DNA of 64,000 bases from an uncultured virus (IMG/VR IMGVR_UViG_3300032092_001856) (IMGVR_UViG_3300032092_001856); one strand, 5' to 3'; positions 9,619 through 18,600 are shown, counted from the first letter of the stretch. Notes: generated by a model not told the origin, from the letters alone. Program-made: numbers and translations.

Positions 9619-10026
9619 TTAAGGTACTGTGAAACCAGTTGCGCTTGCGGCTGCTGTAACTACTGTGCCACTAGCATCAATATCATTAGGCCCAATAACT
9701 CCCACAGTGTAAGTGTTTGAACTACGAGTCCATCCGCCACCAATTTGTCTAATTCTGTGTTGTAGATCTTCAGATGAGCTGTTTACATCCATAACAATAT
9801 AGATCAATCCAGTGGAAGCATTTACAACATAGTAAGCCATAGGATTAATTTCTTTGATAATCTGCTCAACTGTTTCATCGATTGCATCATCTTCAACACG
9901 TAAATCAACGTTAGCAGATGCTGCGGTTTTTACCTGTACTTTATATAATTTTGCATTTAATTCTTGGTGTGTTGCTACTGTAGCAACCATACCGTTAACT
10001 CTTGTTACATCTACTCCGTAGGCCAT
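9619..10026 (-). CDS. small virion structural protein (putative)
   Basis: own TAAATA, GGAG RBS and terminator; rich in Ala/Thr/Val. Confidence 0.6.
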   Translation of the reverse strand: MAYGVDVTRVNGMVATVATHQELNAKLYKVQVKTAASANVDLRVEDDAIDETVEQIIKEINPMAYYVVNASTGLIYIVMDVNSSSEDLQHRIRQIGGGWTRSSNTYTVGVIGPNDIDASGTVVTAAASATGFTVP

Positions 10027-10051
10027 AACTATTCTCCATTTAGTTTATTTA

Positions 10052-10738
10052 TCAGATTATTTTGTAGTATTGCTCTACACGCTTGCACCACTCTTCTGTC
10101 CAGTAGTCAAAATCTTTGGGTTCCAGGGTAAATTCCTGATATTCAAAGTCCTTGCTACACATAAGAATAACACCTTTGCGTATGTTTGTACCGTGTACTT
10201 CGTTGTGTGCTAGGGCATAGGCTGTTAGCTGTAGAAAATAATCACTAATATATTCTAGTTTCTTAGGCTTGTTAGTCTGTTTAAAGTCTAGGATACTTTC
10301 GTCACCATTGTGTACGCCCACACAGTCAGTAGTACCCGCATATAGTTCTGGAAAGTACAAGGGTACTTCTGATCCCCACACTTCACTTACATTCTTCATA
10401 CCTTCTGCAATCACAATCTTAGCCATCTTCTGACTTTGCTGTGCAAACGGGTTAGTTACAGCTTCGTTCATAGGCTCGCCCTTGACATAGTCCTCTAAGA
10501 ACTTGTGCATACGTGTGCCACGATTAGCAGCCTCTGTAGTAATCTCTTGTGCTTTCTTTTCACCTACTGCTTTGCGCCAGTTGGCTAGTGCTATGCGACT
10601 TTCTTCTGGTTTAGTTTTATCCAGTACTGTCGTGACACTAGGGACTTTATGCCCTTGTGGTGTAGCGTATAAACGCTTACCAGAGCTTTCGTCCCTAGTT
10701 AGTTTTTCGTATTTAAATTTGTTTATTAGTAGGGTCAT
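10052..10738 (-). CDS. PD-(D/E)XK exonuclease (Cas4/MGME1-like)
   Basis: PSVTTVL, RGTRMH, YAGTTD, ILDFK and QLTAY motifs. Confidence 0.88.
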   Translation of the reverse strand: MTLLINKFKYEKLTRDESSGKRLYATPQGHKVPSVTTVLDKTKPEESRIALANWRKAVGEKKAQEITTEAANRGTRMHKFLEDYVKGEPMNEAVTNPFAQQSQKMAKIVIAEGMKNVSEVWGSEVPLYFPELYAGTTDCVGVHNGDESILDFKQTNKPKKLEYISDYFLQLTAYALAHNEVHGTNIRKGVILMCSKDFEYQEFTLEPKDFDYWTEEWCKRVEQYYKII

Positions 10739-10743
10739 GATAC

Positions 10744-10772
10744 ATTATATAGTATCTTGACCTCTAGGTCAA
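10744..10772 (-). promoter_or_regulatory. sigma70-type promoter with a palindrome over the -35
   Basis: TTGACC-N17-TATAAT 5 nt before the ATG; inverted repeat TTGACCT-NN-AGGTCAA at 10757..10772. Confidence 0.75.
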
Positions 10773-11098
10773 CCGGGTTGTTTGAGCGATTTAGCCGCTG
10801 CTCTACTTGCGGCGGCATTAATACCACTATTGCTCTTTGGCTCACCACGAGTAGCTTCGGGCTTCTCTTTGGTTTTCAATGTAATACCACGGCCATCAAA
10901 CTGTTGCACTATATTCTTTAATTGGGGTAGACTGTCAAACTCAGCTTTAAACGTTTCATAGTCCATTTCTGTACCACTTACATTTTGTAACATGTTAGAA
11001 ATTGCGCCCCAGCTGTATTGACCAGGAACGCCTTTTGAATCAGCGCGAGCTTTAAGTTGAAGAAGAATGCGGATTAAATTATCCGCACCTTCATTTAC
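10769..11098 (-). CDS. 109-aa extension in the -1 frame of the 303-aa gene (probably reached by frameshift)
   Basis: open frame VNEGADNLIRILLQLKARADSKG...QPG starting right at the A9G run; the first ATG (10993) has no evident RBS. Confidence 0.7.
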   Translation of the reverse strand, partial: VNEGADNLIRILLQLKARADSKGVPGQYSWGAISNMLQNVSGTEMDYETFKAEFDSLPQLKNIVQQFDGRGITLKTKEKPEATRGEPKSNSGINAAASRAAAKSLKQPG

Positions 11099-11107
11099 TT
11101 TTTTTTT
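11062..11107 (-). promoter_or_regulatory. -1 ribosomal frameshift signal (slippery site plus stem-loop)
   Basis: TCA AAA AAA AAG TAA, 5-nt spacer, then GAAGGTGCGGAT-AATTTA-ATCCGCATTCTTC. Confidence 0.75.
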
Positions 11108-12006
11108 GAACTTAGAATTGTGCCTAATCTGCGGCTGTATTCAATGCTTTCGCGTTTTGCACGGCCAGCTGCTTCTATGCCGCCTGCGCCTGCTTCAGCT
11201 GCTGAAAACTCGTCGCCTGATGGAAATTCTTCTGCACCCATTTCAGTTGGAGCAGCTTCTTCAGCGCCTGGCATTGCTGCTGGTGCACCTTGTGGGCCTT
11301 CTTCGCCTGTTAGGATTGCCACTGCCTGTGCTAATGTTGTGCGAGTTGTTTCTAATGTTGTGTATAATTCTTCTAATGCTGGTTTAACTTGACCAGAGAA
11401 TTGTGTGCTAATGTCACTGCCTAATTCGTCTCTTATAGAGTCTACTAATTCTAACATGGTTTCTGATTTAAGACTTGCAGTGTCTTCTAACCAGCCTGTG
11501 ACCTTGTCGACCATATCACGTGCGCTCATGATTAACGCAGCTTTTTCTTCTTCGCCTTCTGTTAGAGTTCTTTCAGAAAGAACACCACGTAGTACATCCA
11601 TTGCTTCTTCTAATGATTCTTTCTTGGCCATTTTAGAAGCTGTAGCATGCATTACTTGCTCGCCTTTGTCGCCATAACGCTTTTTAAATTCGCCTGACTT
11701 CTTCTTCATGCCTTTGACAAACTTTTCTTTTTTGCCTTCTTCTTCAGGGCTTAGAGCTCTTTCAGAAATGGCCTGTGTAATAACATCAAGAAACATTCTA
11801 TCCTTTTGATAGTCGTTGCTTTCGTACACAGCGTCATATTCTTTACTGCCTTCAAATGCGACAATTTTGTCTGTTACACGATCACGAGCAACTTGAAGTT
11901 GTTCTAGCGTGAAACTGTCTAGATTTAATTTGTAGCCAAATTTCTTGGCCATGCTTTCATTAAGCGTTTTACTTGTTTTTGGATGCGAAAGTTCTCTTAT
12001 CTGCAT
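11095..12006 (-). CDS. putative prohead core/scaffold-like protein
   Basis: charged helical protein with many [IL]xE sites and an acidic Ala/Glu/Gly linker; function inferred. Confidence 0.55.
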   Translation of the reverse strand: MQIRELSHPKTSKTLNESMAKKFGYKLNLDSFTLEQLQVARDRVTDKIVAFEGSKEYDAVYESNDYQKDRMFLDVITQAISERALSPEEEGKKEKFVKGMKKKSGEFKKRYGDKGEQVMHATASKMAKKESLEEAMDVLRGVLSERTLTEGEEEKAALIMSARDMVDKVTGWLEDTASLKSETMLELVDSIRDELGSDISTQFSGQVKPALEELYTTLETTRTTLAQAVAILTGEEGPQGAPAAMPGAEEAAPTEMGAEEFPSGDEFSAAEAGAGGIEAAGRAKRESIEYSRRLGTILSSKKK

Positions 12007-12040
12007 TTTAGATTCCCTAAATGACTGTTAATTTTATTTA

Positions 12041-12475
12041 TCAAAAGTTGGCCTTGAACATTCTCGAAAGCTCGTCTTTATATTTGGCTGCACGGTCTCG
12101 AGTTAGCTCAAACCGGCAAAGAAATAGGTCTCTACGTTCTAAATCTTTAGTAGTTTTCATGCGTTCTTCAAAAAACGCAGAATCTTTAGAATTATTCCAA
12201 AACGCTAGATCTAAATTCTTTACATCGTTATATCTGCCGAGTCTATTTTTATCATAAAACTTGGCTGCAAGTATAGCAGACGTTTTAGTTCTAAATGTAT
12301 CTATTAGATCGTCAGTTTTTAAGTAACGTAAGTTCCATGTGCCTTGTTTACTTTGTTTGATTTTGTAATTGCCGTAAACAACACTCTTGTCAGCTAGTAC
12401 AAGTAAGGGAATAGATTTTTTAAATTCATCCTCTAAAAACTTTTCTAACTTTTCTGCTTTTTCTTTAAAATTCAT
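12041..12475 (-). CDS. hypothetical phage protein
   Basis: ORF overlapping the upstream stop. Confidence 0.7.
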   Translation of the reverse strand: MNFKEKAEKLEKFLEDEFKKSIPLLVLADKSVVYGNYKIKQSKQGTWNLRYLKTDDLIDTFRTKTSAILAAKFYDKNRLGRYNDVKNLDLAFWNNSKDSAFFEERMKTTKDLERRDLFLCRFELTRDRAAKYKDELSRMFKANF

Positions 12476-12665
12476 TTGCAATTACTCTAGGATTTGTGTC
12501 GCCTATCTTAATTACCAAACTCTTACGTATCAGGCTCTCAATTGTGAACTGATCATGTTCACTAAAACTATTCAACGGTCGTGAGTGTCTAAGCTCTTTA
12601 ATTAGTTTCTTTTCGTCGTTCGACATGTAGATATCAAACTGTCCTAGAATCTCGTTTACTTTCAT
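12465..12665 (-). CDS. hypothetical phage protein (MKVNEIL N-terminus)
   Basis: coupled ORF. Confidence 0.7.
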   Translation of the reverse strand: MKVNEILGQFDIYMSNDEKKLIKELRHSRPLNSFSEHDQFTIESLIRKSLVIKIGDTNPRVIANEF

Positions 12666-13372
12666 TATAGTCCTGCTAATCGTCTTAGTCTGTTTACTAA
12701 TAACTTGCTAACTTCATCGTGGTCTTCGTCGCCGTGTATAGGACTACGACTGTCATTAGGAGGAGCCATCATGTCTTCTGTACTAACTACCGCTGTGCCT
12801 GTTTTGAGTTCGTTCGCGTCCGGAGTGTCCATAGACATCTTACCATCAGGTGTTGGCTTTAATGCAGTACTATCAACTTCCATCGATGAACCGTCTGGTT
12901 TAGTTAATGTTGCTTTCTTTGTAGCAGGATCAACTTTGGTAATCTTTCCCACTTCTGCGCCCATAGCTTCAGCCGTTGGCTCTGCACCTGTTTCATGTAC
13001 TGATGCGTTCTTACCTTTGTTTTGTAATGAACGTGCTACTGCTTGCGCATGATTCTTACTGGCAAACACTTTCCAAGTACGTCCGTCAATTGCCACTGCA
13101 TAGTTGTTGGTCTCGTGGGCTAATTCTTGCTCTAAGCCACGGTGATCACGTGGGCGATCAAATCCTGTTTCACTAGATCGTTTATCTCTGTCATATGCTG
13201 AAGAACTACCACGTTGACGATAGTGTGCTTCGTTAGTTTCTTCTAAAGGTTTCTGCGGAGCTAGTTTTTCTTTAGCTTTAGCATGATCATGTGTAGGGTT
13301 GTTAGGTTTTTTGTTATACTTAACAGCCTTTACCCCTTTTTTAAATTCGCTAATAATTTCGTTGCGTTTCAT
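12665..13372 (-). CDS. hypothetical protein, possible internal head protein
   Basis: MKRNEIISE N-terminus; RLRRLAGL C-terminus. Confidence 0.65.
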   Translation of the reverse strand: MKRNEIISEFKKGVKAVKYNKKPNNPTHDHAKAKEKLAPQKPLEETNEAHYRQRGSSSAYDRDKRSSETGFDRPRDHRGLEQELAHETNNYAVAIDGRTWKVFASKNHAQAVARSLQNKGKNASVHETGAEPTAEAMGAEVGKITKVDPATKKATLTKPDGSSMEVDSTALKPTPDGKMSMDTPDANELKTGTAVVSTEDMMAPPNDSRSPIHGDEDHDEVSKLLVNRLRRLAGL

Positions 13373-14085
13373 CGTTTGTTCTCCAGGCTAAGCCTTCTAT
13401 CTTCTAAATCGTATATATGTTGTCTAAGTCTGTCAATATGACCTTGTGCTCTTAAAACTTTAAATGCTATATTTTCTACGGAAAATTCACCTTCACGTTC
13501 TAAACCTGACTTGCGTAACTTGCTTATTGCATCTTTTATAGCATTAGTTTCTGCAAGGTCTGTTGATCTTAGTGCTCTCTTAATCTTATTTAAGTAATTT
13601 GTTACTTTGAGATTTACATCATTGTCATTAATAGTTACTCGTTGTACCTTAGGTTCTGACAACCACTTGTCGTTTAATATAGAATATATACCAGCTGAGT
13701 GGTGAGTGTCTGTGCTAGGTTGGACATATAACTCTACATCAATATTTTGTATTTTTATGTTGTGATTATAATTATATTGATTTTTCTTTGCATCGAACAA
13801 GGGTCGTAAATGCATTTCGGCTGCTCTAGGAATATCCACAACTAGGTGTAGATCTAAATCACTATGTTCGGTATATGTGTAGGCAGCATTACTTCCGGAT
13901 ATAGTAATGTCTTTTAATTTGATGCTGGGTATGTTTATAAAGTTTATAAAATGCTGTACAATCAGCATGAGCTTGTAGCGAACTTTAGAATTTAATTTTT
14001 TACCTTGAAAAAGTTTTGGATTCAATTCGTTGTGAAATTGAATTGCTTGATCTACTATGCCTTCTTGGAACTCTTTCAAATACAT
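13369..14085 (-). CDS. Pol-beta-superfamily nucleotidyltransferase
   Basis: hhSGS...SDLDLH motif and DVELYV third acidic residue. Confidence 0.8.
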   Translation of the reverse strand: MYLKEFQEGIVDQAIQFHNELNPKLFQGKKLNSKVRYKLMLIVQHFINFINIPSIKLKDITISGSNAAYTYTEHSDLDLHLVVDIPRAAEMHLRPLFDAKKNQYNYNHNIKIQNIDVELYVQPSTDTHHSAGIYSILNDKWLSEPKVQRVTINDNDVNLKVTNYLNKIKRALRSTDLAETNAIKDAISKLRKSGLEREGEFSVENIAFKVLRAQGHIDRLRQHIYDLEDRRLSLENKR

Positions 14086-14088
14086 ACA

Positions 14089-14394
14089 TTACTTTAATAA
14101 ATTTATAACTAGATCAGTGTGAGCACTGATCCAACTTACTACCACTGCACCGCCAGCAATCATGTACAGCCACTTTTGTTTCCATTTTTCTAAGTCTGAA
14201 ATCTTAGTTGCAAGCTCGGCATGCTGATCGCAAGATGCTGAATACATTTGATCTAGCTTACCTAACAAACTATCCCTAGTTTGGTCCAAGCAATCATGCA
14301 TTTCTTTGACATCCTCTTTAAGGTTGTCCATCTTTTCGTTTAAATTCTCTACCTTGGTTTCAACTATACCAAGTCGTTCTACTGTAGTGGCCAT
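14089..14394 (-). CDS. coiled-coil protein with C-terminal membrane helix (holin-like architecture)
   Basis: heptad pattern followed by WLYMIAGGAVVVSWI. Confidence 0.55.
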   Translation of the reverse strand: MATTVERLGIVETKVENLNEKMDNLKEDVKEMHDCLDQTRDSLLGKLDQMYSASCDQHAELATKISDLEKWKQKWLYMIAGGAVVVSWISAHTDLVINLLK

Positions 14395-14483
14395 TTAGGC
14401 TGATTCCTTTTATGTTAAGTCAAGTTCCCGACGGGACATGTGCCTAAGTGTTCTGAATGCCTGGTGTGCCTATAGTATTATAT

Positions 14484-14858
14484 TTATTGTTTAAAATCAA
14501 AAATAATATTTGTCCCTAGCTTAAACATAGGTTTATCAAACTTGGCAGTTTCAGTTAAACCAGTGATAAAGGGTACATATTCAAAACTATCTTTGAGCCT
14601 ATACAGTTGATCGCCATTCTTTTCAAATAGCTCTTCAATTTCCATGTGCCATTCAAAATGCCAGCACTTTTGATCACCTGCACCAAATATGTCTGCAGGT
14701 ATTATTTGTGGAGGTTTTTCGTAGTAAACATTACCACTTAATCCTATAGTTTGGATTACGGTATCAAAGTTCTGTTGCTGTAGTCTTTCCAAATCGTTAC
14801 GCGATCTGTATTGTCCTGTAGCAGTAATATCAACAAGTGTGTATAGGCTATAAATCAT
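14484..14858 (-). CDS. hypothetical phage protein
   Basis: ORF with TAAATA 6 nt upstream. Confidence 0.7.
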   Translation of the reverse strand: MIYSLYTLVDITATGQYRSRNDLERLQQQNFDTVIQTIGLSGNVYYEKPPQIIPADIFGAGDQKCWHFEWHMEIEELFEKNGDQLYRLKDSFEYVPFITGLTETAKFDKPMFKLGTNIIFDFKQ

Positions 14859-14878
14859 CTCAGTTATTTAACAGCCGT

Positions 14879-14906
14879 AAAAAAAGCCCCGCATAAAAGC
14901 GAGGCT
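14879..14906 (-). terminator. intrinsic terminator
   Basis: AGCCTCGC-TTTTAT-GCGGGGCT followed by a T run. Confidence 0.75.
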
Positions 14907-14928
14907 CCCTTCCCATCCCGGGGAAATA

Positions 14929-15288
14929 TTACATACCAAACAAGTCTGTTGGCGCTGTAACTGTTAGTGTACCACCTGCTGTGAATGTCCAAACACCTGA
15001 AGATGTACGTGAACCAGCACCGATAACACGACCAACACGGATTGCTAATGTGTCAATGTCTAGGCTGTGGTTGTCACCGTAAGTGATGATAGCTAAGCCA
15101 TCGCTCTTAACCTGGAATACTGCTGAAGTTGTACCGATTTCGTCAGTAACTGGAGCTGCTGTAGATGCTGTTAAAGCAATAGCGCCGCCTGAACCGCTCA
15201 ATACATACTTGAATACGGTGTGTTGAAATGTTTTTTGTACTGTACCTAACGCTACTGCGGTAGGGTTAACTTTTGTTTGTGTTGCCAT
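14929..15288 (-). CDS. small virion structural protein, probably abundant
   Basis: own late promoter, GAGGAG RBS and terminator; rich in Thr/Gly/Ala. Confidence 0.6.
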   Translation of the reverse strand: MATQTKVNPTAVALGTVQKTFQHTVFKYVLSGSGGAIALTASTAAPVTDEIGTTSAVFQVKSDGLAIITYGDNHSLDIDTLAIRVGRVIGAGSRTSSGVWTFTAGGTLTVTAPTDLFGM

Positions 15289-15374
15289 AATATATCTCCT
15301 CGTTTATGACTGTCTACTCTCTGTAGACGACTTGCAACCTAGCAAGCCTTTGTACTATTATTTACCAAAGAGAT

Positions 15375-15402
15375 AAAAAAACCCCTAGTTATGGGGGTTT
15401 TT
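15375..15402. terminator. intrinsic terminator, possibly bidirectional
   Basis: A7-CCCCTA-GTTA-TGGGGG-T5. Confidence 0.65.
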
Positions 15403-15414
15403 GGCGAGTTAACT

Positions 15415-16563
15415 TTACTTCGGAGTCCAGCGTTTGCGGGGTACTAGTTTAACATTACCAAACTGTTTGCCAGCAGGAGCATAGCGTACACGGCCTTCGC
15501 CTTGTGTATCCCAGATTTCGCCCTGTCCTTGCTCTACTTGTGCAATCACTTGATCTTTAAGATCCATGATACGACCTACCAGTCCAAATATAGCTTCTAG
15601 TGCTGTGGCATATTGTTGTGCCAGATTCTCTATTTTAGACTGTTTAGGCTCGCTAACCTTACTGCTTTTTAGCCAAGCTAGGAAGTTCTGTGCGCTTAGG
15701 TTATCTAGCTGTTTAGCTTTAGCAGTTTGATTAACATAGGTATACAGGATATTCTTTAAATCACCTAGGCCAGTAGTACCTTGTAAGAATCCATCAATAG
15801 CAGCGGCATGTTGGCTTAGATACTGTTCTACACGATCAATGGCTGTAGTGTCAAGTGCAACAGGATTACTGTTATACACAGGACCTTGTACAATTAGTGC
15901 AGGGTTAGTGTTAAACATACTGAAGTCATCTATTGGTTGCTGATCACTGTCATCCATGCCAAACTCTGGAAAGTAAGCATGACCAACTACCATAACTTGT
16001 GCTCTGCTAATTTGTTGTCCTAGCGGGCTGTCTGCACGAACATGATAGGCCGTTTCACTTTTAGGATTAGGAGCAAAGGTATAAATGCCTTGCTTGTCTA
16101 CAGGAGGACGTTTTAAGAACAGTCCATCTGCGTAGACAAATCCCACAAAGTCTTTTGGTGTTGCACGATCAAACAGCGGATATAAGTTAGCAAACTGTTG
16201 TGCAAATGCCTGTCTTGCTTTTACTTCTTCTGGACTTTTTGGCTTACCACTTTGATTGGCAATAAAATCAGCCACTGCCTCTGGACTGTCTGTCATTGCA
16301 CCACGACTCCATCCATTGTGTCCTGCTAGTACTAATGGTCCACCTTTTTCTGCACGACCCCAATAGATCTGGGGATTACCATCCCATTTCATACGAATAG
16401 TTTTACTACCAGCTTCAGTAGTAATTTCTTTTAGGTGTTCCAATGCTTCCATAGTGCCCTTGCTACCGTGGAAGAACACTAAATCTTCTAAGTGATTAAA
16501 GGCACGACCTAGTTTCTTTTTAGCAGCTTCTTCAGCTTCTCTTAGAAATTCATTTGCTCTCAT
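15415..16563 (-). CDS. ligase-like nucleotidyltransferase fold protein (DUF6267-like)
   Basis: HLEDL, KWDG (motif I KxDG), GEG and KLV motifs; start at MRANEF via TAATG. Confidence 0.6.
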   Translation of the reverse strand: MRANEFLREAEEAAKKKLGRAFNHLEDLVFFHGSKGTMEALEHLKEITTEAGSKTIRMKWDGNPQIYWGRAEKGGPLVLAGHNGWSRGAMTDSPEAVADFIANQSGKPKSPEEVKARQAFAQQFANLYPLFDRATPKDFVGFVYADGLFLKRPPVDKQGIYTFAPNPKSETAYHVRADSPLGQQISRAQVMVVGHAYFPEFGMDDSDQQPIDDFSMFNTNPALIVQGPVYNSNPVALDTTAIDRVEQYLSQHAAAIDGFLQGTTGLGDLKNILYTYVNQTAKAKQLDNLSAQNFLAWLKSSKVSEPKQSKIENLAQQYATALEAIFGLVGRIMDLKDQVIAQVEQGQGEIWDTQGEGRVRYAPAGKQFGNVKLVPRKRWTPK

Positions 16564-17093
16564 TAGCAGTTCCACTTTCTTAATGCCAGTGCTTTACGAG
16601 TAGGTTTGCCGTTAGGTTTCTTCATTGGTCCCTTGACTCCGCCCATTCTAGCACAGAATGATTTTCGGCGTTTTGCGGCCTTACTGCCTTTTTTAAGTTT
16701 ACTAGGTTTTGTAGTTACTGCCATTTGTAGTTTGCTACCCGGATTCTCTCTACGATAACTGGCAACACCTTTGGCATTGAGTCCACCCTTTTTACTTTTA
16801 CCTGCACTGCGGCGCCATGCGGCAGTTTCTAATAATTCGTTGTCATCAACACTGTCAAAGTCTTCCCAAATGACATCTGGATCAACTCCGTGTTCTTCGG
16901 CTAGTCGTTCAACTAGATCTTCAATAAGATCAAACTGTTCATCTAAGGTTAATTCTTCTTTAATCTTTTCGCAGTCATTTACACGCTTACCGGCATTTTT
17001 ACCAGTGCCTGGTTTCGTACCAACCTTACGATGTCCAGGCCAGCACTTCTCTGGGCCTGCTACTGATTCTGTTAAAATTTCGTATATTTTCAT
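16563..17093 (-). CDS. basic Cys-containing phage protein (DUF6321-like), putative internal protein
   Basis: CWPGHRKVG module and GGLNAKG...RRKSFCARM...RKWNC module. Confidence 0.65.
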   Translation of the reverse strand: MKIYEILTESVAGPEKCWPGHRKVGTKPGTGKNAGKRVNDCEKIKEELTLDEQFDLIEDLVERLAEEHGVDPDVIWEDFDSVDDNELLETAAWRRSAGKSKKGGLNAKGVASYRRENPGSKLQMAVTTKPSKLKKGSKAAKRRKSFCARMGGVKGPMKKPNGKPTRKALALRKWNC

Positions 17094-17830
17094 GTTAGTC
17101 TATCCATAAAATTACGGAACCATTCGTTAGTTCCCACTGCGTGTTTAGGTTTGCGCTCTGCCCAATTCTTGTCTTGTTTAACATGTGCTAACAATGCCTG
17201 TGCTTGATCATCTGGTAGGCTGGACATGATAGCTTCTACTGAGTCAATGTTGTCACCAGTAGCATCTGGACCAATTAATACACGGGCAATATCATCCCAG
17301 TCATCTGCAACTAACTCACCTTTCTTGTTTTCAGGAGTACGGGCAAATAGTCCTTGCCAAGCTGAGTACATGTAGCCTTTGCTTTTTGCTAATTGTGCTA
17401 ACATTAGTTGCTTGCCTACACCTTTGTATGTAGAACCTTTAGGAATCTTGTGCTGGTGATAGCGGCTAACTTTAGCCACATTAGGAATAGTTTCAAGATC
17501 AACTTGATAGAACTCATCACCTACTGGCAGGCGTACGAATACATTAACACCAGCTTGGCGCACTTGGAATCCACGATCTTGTACAAAGACAGCTAGGGCT
17601 TTACGTGCGTCTTTGTCATCATTTGTTTTAAACTTGGCTTTAACTTCGTCTAGGTCAACTTGCAGATCCATGTCACCACTCATTTCACCGGGTGTAGGAG
17701 TATGTGCGCTGCCAATGGCCACACTGTTTAATCCTAATGGGCCTAGAATAGCATCCATCTTGGCTTTCATTTCCGGAGCTAGTTTCTGGTCGAACTCTTT
17801 AGTGTCCGGAAATATTACATTCTTACTCAT
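17090..17830 (-). CDS. Pol-beta-like nucleotidyltransferase
   Basis: IGS...SGDMDL and QVDL motifs. Confidence 0.7.
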   Translation of the reverse strand: MSKNVIFPDTKEFDQKLAPEMKAKMDAILGPLGLNSVAIGSAHTPTPGEMSGDMDLQVDLDEVKAKFKTNDDKDARKALAVFVQDRGFQVRQAGVNVFVRLPVGDEFYQVDLETIPNVAKVSRYHQHKIPKGSTYKGVGKQLMLAQLAKSKGYMYSAWQGLFARTPENKKGELVADDWDDIARVLIGPDATGDNIDSVEAIMSSLPDDQAQALLAHVKQDKNWAERKPKHAVGTNEWFRNFMDRLT

Positions 17831-18080
17831 TGCCTTTGCTTTCCTGTATTTTTTTCATGCCACGTTTAAATTTAGCTGGCTCGCTAGTGCGGATAGCATT
17901 GATAAATCGTCGCTCTAATTCGGCTGCTGTTTCTAAATCGTAATTTTCTCGAATAAGCGTTAGCAAATTAATAGCAGATTCTATTAAATTACTGCCACGG
18001 CTTTCAATTACGCGATCTTTGTCACGACTAATGCCCAAATCGCTTATTTCTTGCAGAATCGACCTAGTACTTTTACGCAT
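17823..18080 (-). CDS. hypothetical phage protein
   Basis: 85-aa ORF, first of its unit, upstream TAAATA. Confidence 0.7.
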   Translation of the reverse strand: MRKSTRSILQEISDLGISRDKDRVIESRGSNLIESAINLLTLIRENYDLETAAELERRFINAIRTSEPAKFKRGMKKIQESKGNE

Positions 18081-18228
18081 AAACCCTTAAATCCTTTTGT
18101 ATATTTAACCTTTTTGCAAAGTAAAATAAAAATGTTGCAGTGCCAGGCAAAAAAGACTAAATATATTAGTAGAAACACTAATAGTGTAAACCATTAGTAA
18201 CTACATACACTTACACTAAGATTATAAC

Positions 18229-18405
18229 ATGAAATACATATCAGAGCAAATGATTAGGATAATGGAACGTCTATCCGAAATGTTCCCAGGTTCTAGTTAC
18301 CAAAGCCGCTTAGATGCGTATCTAAGCACCAAAGGCATTACCGATGCCGCACAGTTGGAAACTTACATCCGACAATTTAATTCTCAAAAGGAAGGATATT
18401 TATGA
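18229..18405 (+). CDS. 58-aa small protein, possibly DUF3563-like
   Basis: MKYISEQM...RLDAYLSTKGITDAAQLETYIRQF; first of four closely packed ORFs absent from the track. Confidence 0.6.
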   Translation: MKYISEQMIRIMERLSEMFPGSSYQSRLDAYLSTKGITDAAQLETYIRQFNSQKEGYL

Positions 18406-18521
18406 AAACAATTACAAACGCAATTTGGTCATTTTTACAAGCATTTGGGCAAGCCCGTGCTGCCGCAAGTCTTGCTCGTCAAGGCCGTATAGAAGAAGCT
18501 AAAGCTATATACGGAAACTAA
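18402..18521 (+). CDS. 39-aa amphipathic peptide
   Basis: ATGA overlap, GGAAGGA RBS; MKTITNAIWSFLQAFGQARAAASLARQGRIEEAKAIYGN. Confidence 0.65.
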   Translation: MKTITNAIWSFLQAFGQARAAASLARQGRIEEAKAIYGN

Positions 18522-18522
18522 A

Positions 18523-18600
18523 ATGGAATTAGCAGCAATTCAGATTATAATATTTGGGTTAATAATTCTAGTGTATATGGCAGAGGAGTTTAATAAATGA
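18523..18600 (+). CDS. 25-aa single-pass membrane peptide
   Basis: MELAAIQIIIFGLIILVYMAEEFNK, 1 nt after the previous stop. Confidence 0.5.
   Translation: MELAAIQIIIFGLIILVYMAEEFNK

Noticed and set aside
10052..10738. Cas4 as evidence of a CRISPR-Cas locus
   Set aside because: Stand-alone PD-(D/E)XK exonuclease without the four-Cys cluster; no cas genes or array seen
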